Below the pieces are notes generated by a model. The model worked only from the letters and a program-made list of their open reading frames with translations, searched no databases and was not told where the DNA came from. Below are positions 11,448-23,727 of a stretch of DNA of 64,000 bases, in pieces. The first letter of the stretch is position 1. Each line of letters starts with the position of its first letter. The DNA is from Podarcis tiliguerta (lineage: Eukaryota). The translations under genes and the position numbers were made by a program. Location of the stretch: assembly GCA_965153285.1 (NCBI GenBank), contig OZ229113.1, one strand, 5' to 3'.

Positions 11448-12641
11448 TGACTCTTAGCACTCCAATTGGCTTTAGTTCAGAATTCTCCCTCTGCTTCTGT
11501 CTCTTTGCTACAAGAAACATTATTTTGCTGCTACACACAGACATATATACTCCCACCCCATTCTCAAGACACTGGTGGCTTTTCCATTCCATACATTCCA
11601 GAGAGATCTCTGCATCAAAACAACATATTCTAACCATTAACTCCTATAAAGAGATACTAACATTATTTTGTAAAATCCAGGATTGTAGTCAGACTTTGCT
11701 TCAGGGCATACACACCAAAGTAATCAGCCAGCCATCTCACAGCCCTATATTTGTACACACAGACACCCACACGCCCACCACTTTCCCCTCTCTTCATTCC
11801 TTCTTCATTGGCATAGCCTTATTCTTTCAACTTGTCCTTCATGCCTCCCCTTCTGCGGTACCTGTTTTATGCAACTGTGTCTGTTCTGTGTATAAATAAC
11901 CCAACAAAATGCAGCTCTCGTGTGCTACTTGCTTCCCCACCTGTTGCAGAGTTTTATGAGGTCTGTCACTGATTATTCTTGATGGGGAAAGAGTTCCTTC
12001 AGCAGTTGGTTCTCAGACAGAGTTAAGCTTCGGAGTCTTGAGATGTTCCTCTTTTAAAGATATGACAAGTTTGGTGCCTCCATCCTCAGTCTCACAGGGA
12101 TACAGTTACAAAAGTGGAGGATATGTCTATTCTGAGGAGCAGTGTTGGATTACTCTCTCCTACTTAGCCCACATCTTTCGCATTTCAAAGACGCTTTGAC
12201 TCTGGCAATAGTAAAGGTGGGGATCCATGTCAGCCTAGCATGCATGAGCTGGCGAGTTCTCTGAGCAGTACAAATGGAAAAAAATGACCCAAGAGCATTT
12301 GATAGTCATTTGTCTTCAGTCAATGTGAATATCATTTCAAGTAGAGAGAACAGGTGGGATGGATAACTGGTCTCACTCCTTCAGCAAATTGCCTTTTGAT
12401 ATTTTCAGGATCCCATTAGTTTATTTGGTATGATTGACTCCTTGTTTGCAATTCAGTGCAACAGAGAAGGTACCCTTAGGGAAAGTTAATGGAGTCCATC
12501 GCTCCCCACTCTGGTTCTCAGTTGGTACAGTCAGCTCCTGCCGAGAGAACAAGCCTTTCTGCAACTACAGCTACTTGATCTTCTCATTCTGCTATAGATG
12601 AAAAGTTTTGGGATCACGTCATACTTTTAAAATGTTCCCTT

Positions 12642-12948
12642 CAGGGTCGTCTTAAGCATATCTGGTGCTATGGTGCAAAGCTCCCTCCGGCGCCCCACCC
12701 CCCCACCCCCCACCCCGTTTTCCAGAGGTTTTTAGGGAGGATGGTGCTGCCAGCGGGGCTGGAGGAGATGGGCAGCGGCTGGAGGGCAGCTCCGGTAGGG
12801 AAGAGGCGGAGGCTGGCCGCGGCGCCTCCTGGCTCAGCTGGCCACTTTGTGCCGCGTCATGTCCAGCCTCTGCCTCTTCCCTGGTGCCCTTCAGAACTTA
12901 GCACCCCGGCACCCCATGCCACTAGCCTCTATGGGTAAGACGCCCCTG
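12642..12948. mobile_element. hAT-like MITE with GC-rich interior
   Basis: TIRs CAGGGTCGTCTTAAGCATA vs reverse complement of the right end CAGGGGCGTCTTACCCATA. The flanking 8-mers GTTCCCTT/ATTCCTCT could be a decayed TSD. Confidence 0.7.
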
Positions 12949-14494
12949 ATTCCTCTATCACAACCTGAAAATCACCACCACCATTACCATCATGCAAAAT
13001 AAGCAAAGCTTATTACAAAAGCACATGTTATTTTCCTGCTTAAAAAGAAAGGAAATCAAGAAAGTTAACAAAAGAAACATAAAACATGAATGGGTCAAAG
13101 GAGGCCCATGGTAGATGTATTCTCCCTCATTTTGCTGCAGAGTGACTGGCTACTGATAGAGCCTGATGAGACGGGAGGCAGGCTACTGGGTGGCAATTGG
13201 CTCAGATAGGCCGATGGAATGAGTCTTGAACGCCTTCTCCTTCTGTGAAGCTGCAGAGTGGCTAGAGGCTGATGGAATCAAAGAAGAAAGGGAAATAGAA
13301 TTAAAGTCTAAAACAGGCATACCAGGAAGAATGTTGAAAAGACAACCAGACAACACTGTTGTTAATGGATGTAGTTTTAAAATGTTGGCAGATTAAATGG
13401 TTTTTGAAACAAGCAAACAAAACACTTTCCCATAAAGCTTAGGAATGTCAAACATATGCTGGCTTTGCTAAGCAGGGAGTTCTAGAGGGTGAATTATTTT
13501 TGCAAAGGTAACTCTCATCCTTGCACAGGCTGATGATATACCTGTAAAGCAAACAAATGAGGGCACAGGAAGTGGCTGGTGCAGATCAGACAGAACTGAT
13601 GTCCAGCAATCTCACATTCTGTCTTGGAGCATCTTCAAAAGCAGGCCTGTGTAGATCAGCCTACAACAGTCAAGCTTTGCGGGGGGGGGGGGGCATAGAA
13701 AAACACGCTGACTGTTATAGGGCTCAGTCACTGATCAACATTGCCATCATATTCTGTCTCTCCAGGAAAAGCTACAATTACTGAATGCAAGTTGGAAAGG
13801 TGATAAAATGCAGACTTGGCTTTTGCCATATCTTATGTGTTTAGAAATAGGGTAGTGTCAAGCACAGTTACTGGGCTGCGAACTTTATTGACTGCTGCAG
13901 GGCAGACTCCATCAATAGATGTCTGCTCAACTGCAGTAACCACCAATTCTGCGTTGTGGGTTTCAGTTTCAGCCTGTTAACTCTCATCATCCATCCTCAC
14001 TGTGTCTCCCAAGCACTGCTTAAGAACCAACGCAGCTGCTCCTGGATCTGATGTTACTAGGGAGGGTGGGGGAGAGAGCTGGCTGTCATCGGAATATTTG
14101 TAACACCATACTCCTAAATTATTACATATTCAGATGATGTTCTGATCTCTTGAAAGCAGCCAGAGTGTTCTTATTTTCTTTCTTTAGGCCAGGGGTTCAC
14201 AAATTATTGACTGCTGTAGCATTAAACTTCCCCACCATTAAAATTCCCTACAAATATAGAACAATCATGTTGTTTAGACTCCAAATACCCAAAGCCGACA
14301 ATTTCCTCCCTTGCCTATGCGTGGGTGTTTACACATGATATGATAGGTAAAAGTTATTGTAGTCACTTAGCAACCAAAATTAGTTTCCTTTAAAGCCAAA
14401 CTGTTGGGGTTTTTTTGGTTAATTGTTTTTAGTGCCTTATCTGCTTATCAGTGAATTAAGAGCATTCAGGGCTATGAGGCAAAACACTATATTA

Positions 14495-14860
14495 AAAAAA
14501 GAGGAAGTAAAGGACCCCTGACAGTTAAGTCCAGTCATGAACGACTCTAGGGTTGCGGCGCTCATCTCACTTTACTGGCCAAGGGAGCCGACGTTTGTCC
14601 ACAGACAGTTTTTCCGGGTTATGTGGCCAGCAGGACTGAGCTGCTTCTGGCGAAACCAGAGCAGCGCACGGAAATGCCGGTTACCTTCCTGCCGAAGTGA
14701 TATCTATTTATCTACTTGCACTTTGACGTGCTTTTGAACTGCTAGGTTGGCAGGAGCTGGGACTGAGCATCGGGAGCTCCCGCCGTTGCGGGGATTCGAA
14801 CCGCTAACCTTCCGATCGGCAAGCCCTAGGCTCTGTGGTTTAGACCACAGCACCACCCAT
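14495..14860 (-). mobile_element. Sauria SINE (Squam1-like), near full length
   Basis: The minus strand has the tRNA-like head with B box GGTTCGAATCCC, the conserved body (aagtagataaatag) and a tail ending ggggtcctttac. A 14-bp TSD AAAACACTATATTA lies at 14481-14494 and 14861-14874. Confidence 0.92.
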
Positions 14861-14874
14861 AAAACACTATATTA

Positions 14875-15590
14875 TTATTCACTAAATAAGCATACTGCCC
14901 TTCATCCACCCTTCATCTGAAGATCACAGGGTGGTTCATAACATAGAAATACAAAATAAGAACACAAAATACTCATTTTTTAAAAAAAAATCCAGTAAAT
15001 CTCCTCCCACAAACACATTTAAAAGGCCATAGAATATTAATTCATCAAAGGCCTGGTTATAGAGAAACGTTTTTGCTTGGCTCCTAAATATATGTAATGA
15101 AGACACCAGGTGAACATCCCTGGGAATAGCATTCCACAAGCGGGGAGCCACTGCAGTAGAGGCTCACTCCTGTGTTACCATCCTCCAGACCTCTTGTGAG
15201 GAGGCACACAATGAAGGGCCTCAGATTATGGTTGCATGATCTGGGTTGCTTCATATGGGGAGAAGCAGTCCTTGGGGTATTTTGGTTCTGAGCTGTTTAA
15301 GGCTTTATAGATGAAATCCACCAATTTCATTTGGGCCGAGAAATGAATTAGCAGCCAGTGCAGTTGGGCCAGGATCAATGTAATATGTTCAAACTGTTTT
15401 GCTCCGGTTGCTACCTGGCTGCTGAATTCTGCACCAACTGAAGTTTCCAAACTGTCTTCAGAGGCAGCCCTACATAAAAGATGTTGCAGTAATCTAACCT
15501 AGAAGTTACCAGATCATAGTCAACAGTAGTTAGCCTATCCCTGTCCAGATAGGGGTACAGCCAAAGCTGATGGAAGGCACTCCACACCAT
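14875..15590 (-). mobile_element. L2-clade LINE, 5'-truncated, frameshifted ORF2 C-terminus plus 3' UTR
   Basis: Three frames give LVTSRLDYCN..YVGLPLKTVWKLQLVQNSAAR, HITLILAQLHWL..FIYKALN and APRLWNAIP..FRSQAKTFLYNQAF, all hallmark L2 ORF2 motifs. Confidence 0.92.
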
Positions 15591-17043
15591 GAATTGTACA
15601 GGCATTTTGGCTCCTTGTTCACAGCTTTTCTCAGCTAGGGACATGTTAGTAATCCTGATCGAAAATCAAAGAGTATTGTGGTACCTTGGAAATTGGTTTA
15701 ATATGGCATGAACCTCTGCAAGCAGAAATCAATATTTTCAAATGCATAAGAATGGATTCAGTTGGAACTTCAGTGCTGTACTTTAATTTTATATGTGGGA
15801 TGAATATATGTTGGTGCATGGGGGGTTGTGTGTCATCTCAAAGCTTGTGTCTTATCTCAAATTATTATTATTATAATTATTATTATTATTAATAATAATA
15901 ATATGATCTTTGGGTAACTTACAACCATATGATCTTGTTGAAAAAGGATTTATTTCTTAATGTTTCTGGAAGCAAAAGTAAAATTGCATATTAGTCTGAA
16001 TCTCTTTTCCCACTGTAATTAACATATAGTCTTTTCAAAACTCTGGTTTTAAGGACTAATTTCCCTTCTGCTTTTGAACACTGGCTGGGAAACTGGGGGT
16101 AGAAGGTGGGGAGATCACTACTTTTTATCGTTCTGTTCAATGAAACTGAATGAAACATCTTCTGAAGAATCTGTTATTAGGGTTTTTATGATCACTTCCT
16201 GATTCTTAAACATTATTAAGTGATGTTAGGGTGCTTCTGGGACAGATTACTGTTGTCATGAGAAGTTCCAGGGGCAGGGGCATCTGGGTTTGTCATCTTT
16301 TAAAGGAAAGAGCACTGGTGATTTCTGGCAGTCTTGCAGCATTTCGTTTTATTTCCAAATATACAAGTAGTGGAGATAAGCAATGTGTGCATGTGCACAA
16401 ACCTCTGTTAATGTGGAGATCCAGTCAACACCAGCACATATTGTGCCAAATCCTAGCCAATGCACTAACATTCATTGGATTCCAATCACGGTTTGAGTTT
16501 GCTCAGCAGCAACCTTGTGGAACAGGGAGTGAGGCTTTTACAATAAAAACCATACAGAAAATTGTAACTGAAACAAATCACTTGGTTTACTAGTGTACAA
16601 AGCTTAATAGTATTATTAAATGTTAAGAAATGGAATTATGAAAGTCAATAGAACTTACGTAGGAAATAAAACAGATTATACTGAATTTATAGGAAATAAC
16701 CCAAGATGAGGTAGAATATTTCAAAACAAAGCAACTTATATATGATTGAATTTAAAGCAACTTAAAGCAATTAGATATTACAGTATGTTCATATGTACTA
16801 ATAAATAGCACTGACAAAGCAAACAGTCACAGTAAATAAAATAATCTCCTAATTCCCTCCAGCCCATCAAATTAACATACGATTCTAAATTCTCTTGCAC
16901 ATCAATAAAATTCATAGTTACCAATTTAGGGCAGTAGGGTAGGCTCCGTAGTCCTCAGTTTGAGCAAAGCGTGTAAAACAATGCAGAAAGCAGGTAGCAG
17001 GAAAGAAGGGGGTGGGACTGTGTAACCCTCAAGAAGAACTAAC

Positions 17044-17061
17044 AAAAAAAAAAAAAAAAAA
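17044..17061. repeat. Poly(A)18 tract
   Basis: Homopolymer run. Confidence 0.95.
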
Positions 17062-19874
17062 GAATTTGCCTTTTATATTGATTAGCAACTGGATTGGGGT
17101 GGGGGTAGCCTTTCCCATTAATTCCATTATCTGTATGGTCAGACCTTAGTTGTCATAGACTATGAATTACGATAATATTTTCTGTGAGGGGGAAAAGTGA
17201 GCAACTGGGCCCCCAAAGCAGGGCACTTTGGCACACTCCAGCATTGGTTTTTCAAAACATGTCATGCTGTCACCTTTATTCTGGATTTATTCCTGTTTTT
17301 CTGTTACTCTAATCATGATGCCAAGATCTTCATTAGTCTTACCTCACGCAACAGTGTACAGATGTCCAAGCAGAGACACAGACATGGCATAATGTCATCC
17401 ATTTTGATCCATCATGGCTGCTCTAATGTGTGGATATAATATCATAAATGGCTGGGTATGGTGAATTTGTAGGCCTGGCCTAGTACTGTATAACCCAACT
17501 TAACAACAACAGCCCACTGGATCTGCTATCTTCCTTCAGCTCTCTGGGGAAGGCCATCTTGCCCAACAAGATGCTTTCAGGCTTTAGTTTACATCTCTTT
17601 GAATCTGCCCGTGTCTCCAAATTGCCCCTTTAGTTCTTTCACACGTAGGCAGACACCTCACATCAGCTCCCTCTCCTTAGCTAGTGTATGTGCGTCTCTG
17701 TCCAAGGTCTGATAGATTCCCCCATGTGTGGCAGCAAAATCAACAAAGCGGCTTGTGTCAATATTGAAATGGCAATTTCAAAAACCAGTAGGGGGACATT
17801 TCATCCTCCCAGAACACTCTGTAAATGACCTTAAAGTTTCCATACTTATGGGGGGGCGGGGGGCAGAGGAAATGTAAAAGGAGACTGTAACACGAAACTG
17901 CTGATTTACACTTCATCAAAAGGCTTGGTGCTATCAAGTTTGGACTGAATTGGGGCAAAATGATTAAAAACAAAATAATTATAGCACATGTGCTGATTTG
18001 GTTACCAAATCCAGGATGTCTGGGTTACCGTCAACAACTGTTTTGTGGATTGTGTTCATTGGTTTGCTTTTTTGTTGTTGAAAGCTATGGGAATACGGGT
18101 GGCAGGATTCTGTTTCTGTAGTTTTCTTGCCTATGATGACCTCGACGTGGTCCAGAAATGAGATTGGTACAGGCGGGGGAGTTGGTTCCACATAATGGAG
18201 TTCACTTTGTTCCTGACCTGAGGGCAGATGGGTAGGGAGCTGAGCTGGGAATGGCTCATCATAAGACTGTCATCAGTCTGTTAAAGTCAATACCAATTAC
18301 AAGGCTATTAATTAAAAGAAGGATGTGACTGCTGCATATAATGAATATAACCCTTTATTTTCCATTTAGTCACACTGCACGTACCCGAACTTAACTGAGG
18401 TGGATCTCAAAGCATTGCCTGTTAAATACTAGCTTTGATGAATTAGTGCCAATGTTGTTATAAATTGCTACCCACATGTTATTCTCTTTAGAGCACATGT
18501 TCGGGTCCAGTTAACATAGACTAGTTATTGTATTTTAACCATCCTGTTACTCTTATGAAAAGACACACTCTCCCTCCCCCCCGACACACACACTGCCACC
18601 TTTTAGTTAATGCTTATGGATAAAGTGGAAATTATGTGAGCATCAAAGCAAGGTGTTTGTGGTATTTCTTCACCAGTCACTGTGGGAAGTGCAAGCATGT
18701 ATGGTACCTGACATTAAGTACTTTCCTTCCAGAAATTCTAAACTATATTTTTAGTGGAGATTGGTGAATGCCTGCACTATCCACAGATTGACCTAGAAAT
18801 GGGAAAGAAAAAGATCATGAAAAATGGGGAAGAAAAGGGTTCCTTTCCGAAAGTAATCTGAGGATCTTGGAAGACAAATCACCCCTTTCTGCTAGGTCCT
18901 ACCCTCTTATGGGCAAACAGGGACGATGTGGTGAGGAGGGAGGTTTTCTCATTTCTCAGATTCCAGATCCATGAGATGCTGCAGGCACCAAACCAGGTTG
19001 TAAAGAACAATGGCCTTTGGGACTTGAGGGGTCTTTCTAAGGGCCTCTGCTTCCTTAATTTATGTGTGTGTAATGACCCAATTATCTTGTTTTTATGTTT
19101 TATCTTGTTAACGTTAAGTAAAAATTATCTTTGCTTATGGGTAAGTTAAGTATAGGGAGGGTGCATTTGGGGGCAAGAGAATGAGCTGATCGGGATGGCA
19201 GGGTGGGAACCAAGCTAGGGATCCTTCTCACATCAAATCCAAAGCATTCAGGATGATTGCTTCCTTTGAGGCAGGCTTGTAAGGAGCTCTGAAGCTCCCT
19301 TTCAAACCCTGCTCTGGTGAACTTTGCCGACCTCACTATTCCCCCCCCCTTGCCTTGTTGCCGATAATAGAATGCTAAATAGCCAATGAAATTTGGCTGC
19401 GTGCTAATGTCACAGATGGTACCCAGTGTCACAGAAGGCACACAGAGTTGATACGGAATGAGGACAGTGATGACGAGACTTGTAATATTGGTGATCCTAG
19501 CCCATCAAGGATCACGTAGTAAGCATAATGTTGTCACACCATTATGGTGCGGCTCAGATTTGGTTATGTACTGATATCACCGGCAGCAATGAAATGAAGT
19601 TTCCTGAATAAGTGAACATTTCTGTCCACTGCTGCAGCTATCCCACAGTCCCACCACTACCCAAAAAATCCCTAAAAGTCAGGTGCCTTTCAACGCTGAT
19701 GAAAATGGTGATGAAATTTGACTGTCCCTTTTAACTTATCCTATGCATGACCAGTATGCTGTAATAGGTATAAATATACTATCTCTGGTACAATTGGAAT
19801 ATTGTGGTAAGAATATTGTGGCACTATACTTAAAATAGTTGTCACTGGTATGGTTAAATTGCTTATGTCAACAT

Positions 19875-20120
19875 CAGTGTGGTGTAGTGGTTAAGAGCGG
19901 TAGTCTCGTAATCTGGGGAACCGGGTTTGCTTCCCCGCTCCTCCACATGCAGCTGCTGGGTGACCTTGGGCCAGTCACACTTCTCTGAAGTCTCTCAGCC
20001 CCACTCACCTCACAGAGTGTTTGTTGTGGGGAGGAAGGGAAAGGAGAATGTTAGCCGCTTTGAGACTCCTGAAGGGGAGTGAAAGGCGGGATATCAAATC
20101 CAAACTCTTCTTCTTCTTCT
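19875..20120 (+). mobile_element. tRNA-derived CORE/MIR-related SINE (Squam3-like), young full-length copy
   Basis: A box (tggtgtagtgg), B-box-like gggtttgcttccc, CORE-like gctgggtgaccttgggccagtcac and a (CTT)n tail. Nearly identical to the copy at 48477. Confidence 0.88.
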
Positions 20121-20351
20121 ACCTATAATAAAAGTATCCGTAGTCTGTGGTAATCTTCCTGCTGCCTGTCTAGTGAAACTGCAAATTCTATGCTTTGCTT
20201 TTCTGAAAGCATGCTTATGTAGCTGTAGTCAAAAATATTTCACATGTAACATCTGGGTTATTGTGCACACTTGTGTGCTTACACTTGTATGTGGAATCAT
20301 TGTGGGAAAAATTGGGAATACTTGTGAAACTCTTAGTAAATCTTGCTTTGT

Positions 20352-20425
20352 TTTGATTCCTGCATTGCAAGGGGTTGGGTTGGTGATCCTTGGGATCTGT
20401 TCCAACTCCAGTTCTATGATTCTAT
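20352..20425 (+). mobile_element. CR1 LINE 3' end
   Basis: gattcctgcattgcaaggggttgg...ttccaactccagttctatgattcta is the CR1 terminal hairpin and octamer tail. Confidence 0.8.
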
Positions 20426-21481
20426 CTTGAAAGAGTTGCGTGGATTTTTCTTTTTTATCTCTGGATTTCTGTACTGTTTCTAACAGAGCAAACTCTTCTC
20501 TCTTTGCCTTCCTCTCCTCCCTTTCCTGCATGAACACAGCCTCTATAGTAGGGATTCAGGTGACCTTGAACTATCACATCAATTTGGCAAGGGAAACAGT
20601 CAGTTTGCTGAGTTTTTTTTTTTTTATTTAAAACAAGCCGCTTGGGTAGGGGCATGAGTTCTTTTTAGAGATACATGTACACTTGGTTCCATCACTGCTG
20701 GGCAGGACAGATGTGGCTCAGTGTGCACTAGTGATGCAGGGAATCTGTATTTGGCCACATTCTGGGTCTCTGAGCACCCATTGAGAGGAAGGGATTTCCA
20801 AAATTGTTCCTTATAGCGTTAAGAGAAACCAAAGGTGGAGCAGAATCAAGCACAGAATAATTCCACCCCCGGTATATTTTTGGCAGTATGACAGGTTTTA
20901 TTTTTAAATGTTAGCAACACAACATAAGCACATAGTGTAACAGCATAGGATTGATGCATTGAAGCCCTGATGAAGATGTTTGCCCTCTGCTGCATCTGCT
21001 GTTTTGTGTGTATGTCTTTTTTCCATCCTATTTTTTGGTTATAATGGCTTCCAAGGTTACAGTGATATCATTTGTCAGACAAACCAACATAGTTTTTTCA
21101 TACTATAGGATTACATAACAGAACACTAGCTTTACTACCATTTTAGGTTGTATTATGATTGTGGCTTATTTATATAGAGTCAGTGCTGGGGGAGAAGGGA
21201 CTTCCCTCTAACTCACTTCACTGTTGTCATTTTGAAAAACTGTAGTAAAAAATACACAGACCTCACCTATGGCTCACGACTCATGTAATCTGTGACATGC
21301 ACTGACCATGAAAGACTGGAAAATTTAAGATATACCTGGGGATCTGCTGCCCCTGTGGATCCTGCCACCTGAGACAGTCACTTCACCCTGCCTCATGGGC
21401 AGGCTGGTCTTGGGTGTGGGGATAGAGAATGGCAAATTGTGAATAACATCATGACACTGGTTAAGTGAGCCTACACTTTAT

Positions 21482-21520
21482 GAAAGGGATTACATTTGCA
21501 GAAAGGGATTACATTTACAG
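21482..21520. repeat. 19-bp tandem duplication
   Basis: GAAAGGGATTACATTT(G/A)CA occurs twice in tandem. Confidence 0.9.
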
Positions 21521-22229
21521 GGAAAGCTCTGTGCTTCCTGTAATATGTTCACCTTAAGTGTCCTGAATTGTTCACTAGCTCCTGGCAAATAAAGAGGCCA
21601 AAAAGCAGTAGCCAGTACAATCTATACATGAATGGGGATTATTTTTTTAACTGCTAGTAGCAATTACCTATTCAAAGGGAATACCCATAGGCTAGAGAAG
21701 AGTTGTTCAGCAGGAGGCACAAGTCGATATGTAATTGAACTAAGGAGATCAATATGCATTTCAATAGCTTGTGCGGCTACTACCACCCACTCATTACAAA
21801 GTGCTGCTCATTTACCTTAGAAAGATAAAAGGCTGAGTCAACTCCATAGGGAATGTAGACAGGTTAGATCATTGAATCTATGCTTCTGGCAATAGGAACC
21901 CTTACACATTGATCTAAGGACTCTTTGCTATTAAAGCAGTTAAAGGAAGTCTTTTTTTAAACAAAAACTGTTGTTTTTTTGTGTGATAAATTGTATATTG
22001 AAATATATGCTAGGAAATTCCTGGTTGCATTGCTCCACACTGATGCATCCTCTTTAATTTCCAAGTCGGATTTTGGCAAATTTCAAACACTCTTATCCAG
22101 AAGGGGGTGCAATTAGTGTGCTGGTCTAAACCAAGCATCATAATAATCCCACTCTGGAATCCAACGGCAAAGTTGGACCCAGGAGACTGTCAGTATATGG
22201 AAACATCGCAACTGCAAACAGCCAGCTTG

Positions 22230-22848
22230 TTGACATCACATGATGCGGCTATCTGTGGGAAGGAATTTCCCCGGACGTTCACAGGCTGGATAAGTCTTTG
22301 TGAAGAGTGTAATTTGAAACCTTCCGACTGCGCATGTTCAGGAAGTTTGTCAGACTTGCTAGAAGAACTGAACTGAAAGGACGTGTTTTTCTGTAGTGCT
22401 GTAATGTCAGAAATAACATCATGTAAATAGATTTCTGACTTATTTTCTTTCCCCTGCGGAAGCAGGAGGAGAGGTGTGTGTGCATTTTAACCACTCTTGG
22501 GAAAATGTCGCCTATCAAAATCTCCCTGGTCTGTCTGGATGTCAGCCAGAGGAGGTTACCGGTATGCAAGCTCCGAGGACAGTGAGAGGGGCCAGCCTCT
22601 GTGGAGGGGGCTTGCAAACCGACAGAGACTACCAAACTGCAAACTAAATCTTTGAGGATATGCGTGACCCTGTCTAGAACAGATAATTCACCAACTTTCT
22701 GGCTTTTCTGACCATTCACTATTAGCAGCTCCATGTAATCTGGATTGCATTTCAGTTTGATTACCTTCATCAAGTCCTCTATTGACCTCTGAAAGGTTTT
22801 TAGGAATGTAACTGTTACACTGTGATATGAGAAGGACAAATCGTGAGT
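22230..22848 (+). promoter_or_regulatory. Candidate internal promoter / alternative first exon
   Basis: Locally elevated CpG; NF-kB site GGAATTTCCCC (22262-22272), NRF1-like TGCGCATG (22329-22336) and ETS CAGGAAGT (22339-22346). An ATG at 22827 (MRRTN) is followed by donor-like GTGAGT at 22843. Confidence 0.4.
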
Positions 22849-23173
22849 TTCTTCTCATCAGCATGCAGATGACATTTCACACCAAATAGCCTCTCCTAGC
22901 AGTTGGTTTAGATGTTAAATAGCATTCAGGATAAAATAGATAATTTTGGAAGATCACAAAGCAGTTACCACAGGTAAACAATATTCACTCAGCACTACCA
23001 CATGACATACATGGATCCATGTCAAAGCAATGGCTCTTTTGATGGCATCAACTACTGGATGAAATCAACTGCTGCTGAGCAGATGCGGATTTAGGGGAGC
23101 ACTGGGCACAGAGCCAAGGGGGTACCACAGGGGATGCTGCAACAAAGACTAACAATAGAAGGCAAGAGGCTTG

Positions 23174-23215
23174 GTGCACATGTGTGTGTGTGTGTGTGTG
23201 TGTGCGCGCACGCGC
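23174..23215. repeat. (TG)12 plus CG alternating purine-pyrimidine tract
   Basis: 42 bp of strict RY alternation: gtgcaca(tg)12cgcgcacgcgc. Confidence 0.95.
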
Positions 23216-23695
23216 CAGATTTTGGCATTGCACAGAATGCCACTGAAATTTTAAAGCCCCAAGTCTACCACTGTTCTGAGAACTCCAGTAAAATCAACAA
23301 GACTACACCCACCCGCCTTTCCTGATAAAGATTATCTACTAGGGTTATCAAATCAGCTTTGTTCCCAAATCCCAGATAAAAACAAAGCATAGCACACCAC
23401 ATTTACCTCATCACGGAGGCCATCACAGAGGAAGCAAAACCACAGTGGTACAGCACTGGGGGCTGTAAGGATTATGTTGCTGTTACACACACCTCTGTTT
23501 GTAGAAAGAAGAGAAGCCAAATTTATTACATTACAGAGGCTTAGAGGGTGGGAGATAACACCCAATTGCTGGGGTGGGGTCCTCTAAAAGGACATAATGT
23601 ATCTTTGACTGAGGTAAATTTGAGTAGTTTTATGCAAATAGTTATTGTATGCAAGTAGTTATATTGCTTTTATCTTAGCTTTTGTTTATGAGGAT

Positions 23696-23727
23696 TACTA
23701 CTATTACTACTACTACTACTACTACTA
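23696..23727. repeat. (TAC)n microsatellite
   Basis: Trinucleotide run with one interruption. Confidence 0.9.
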
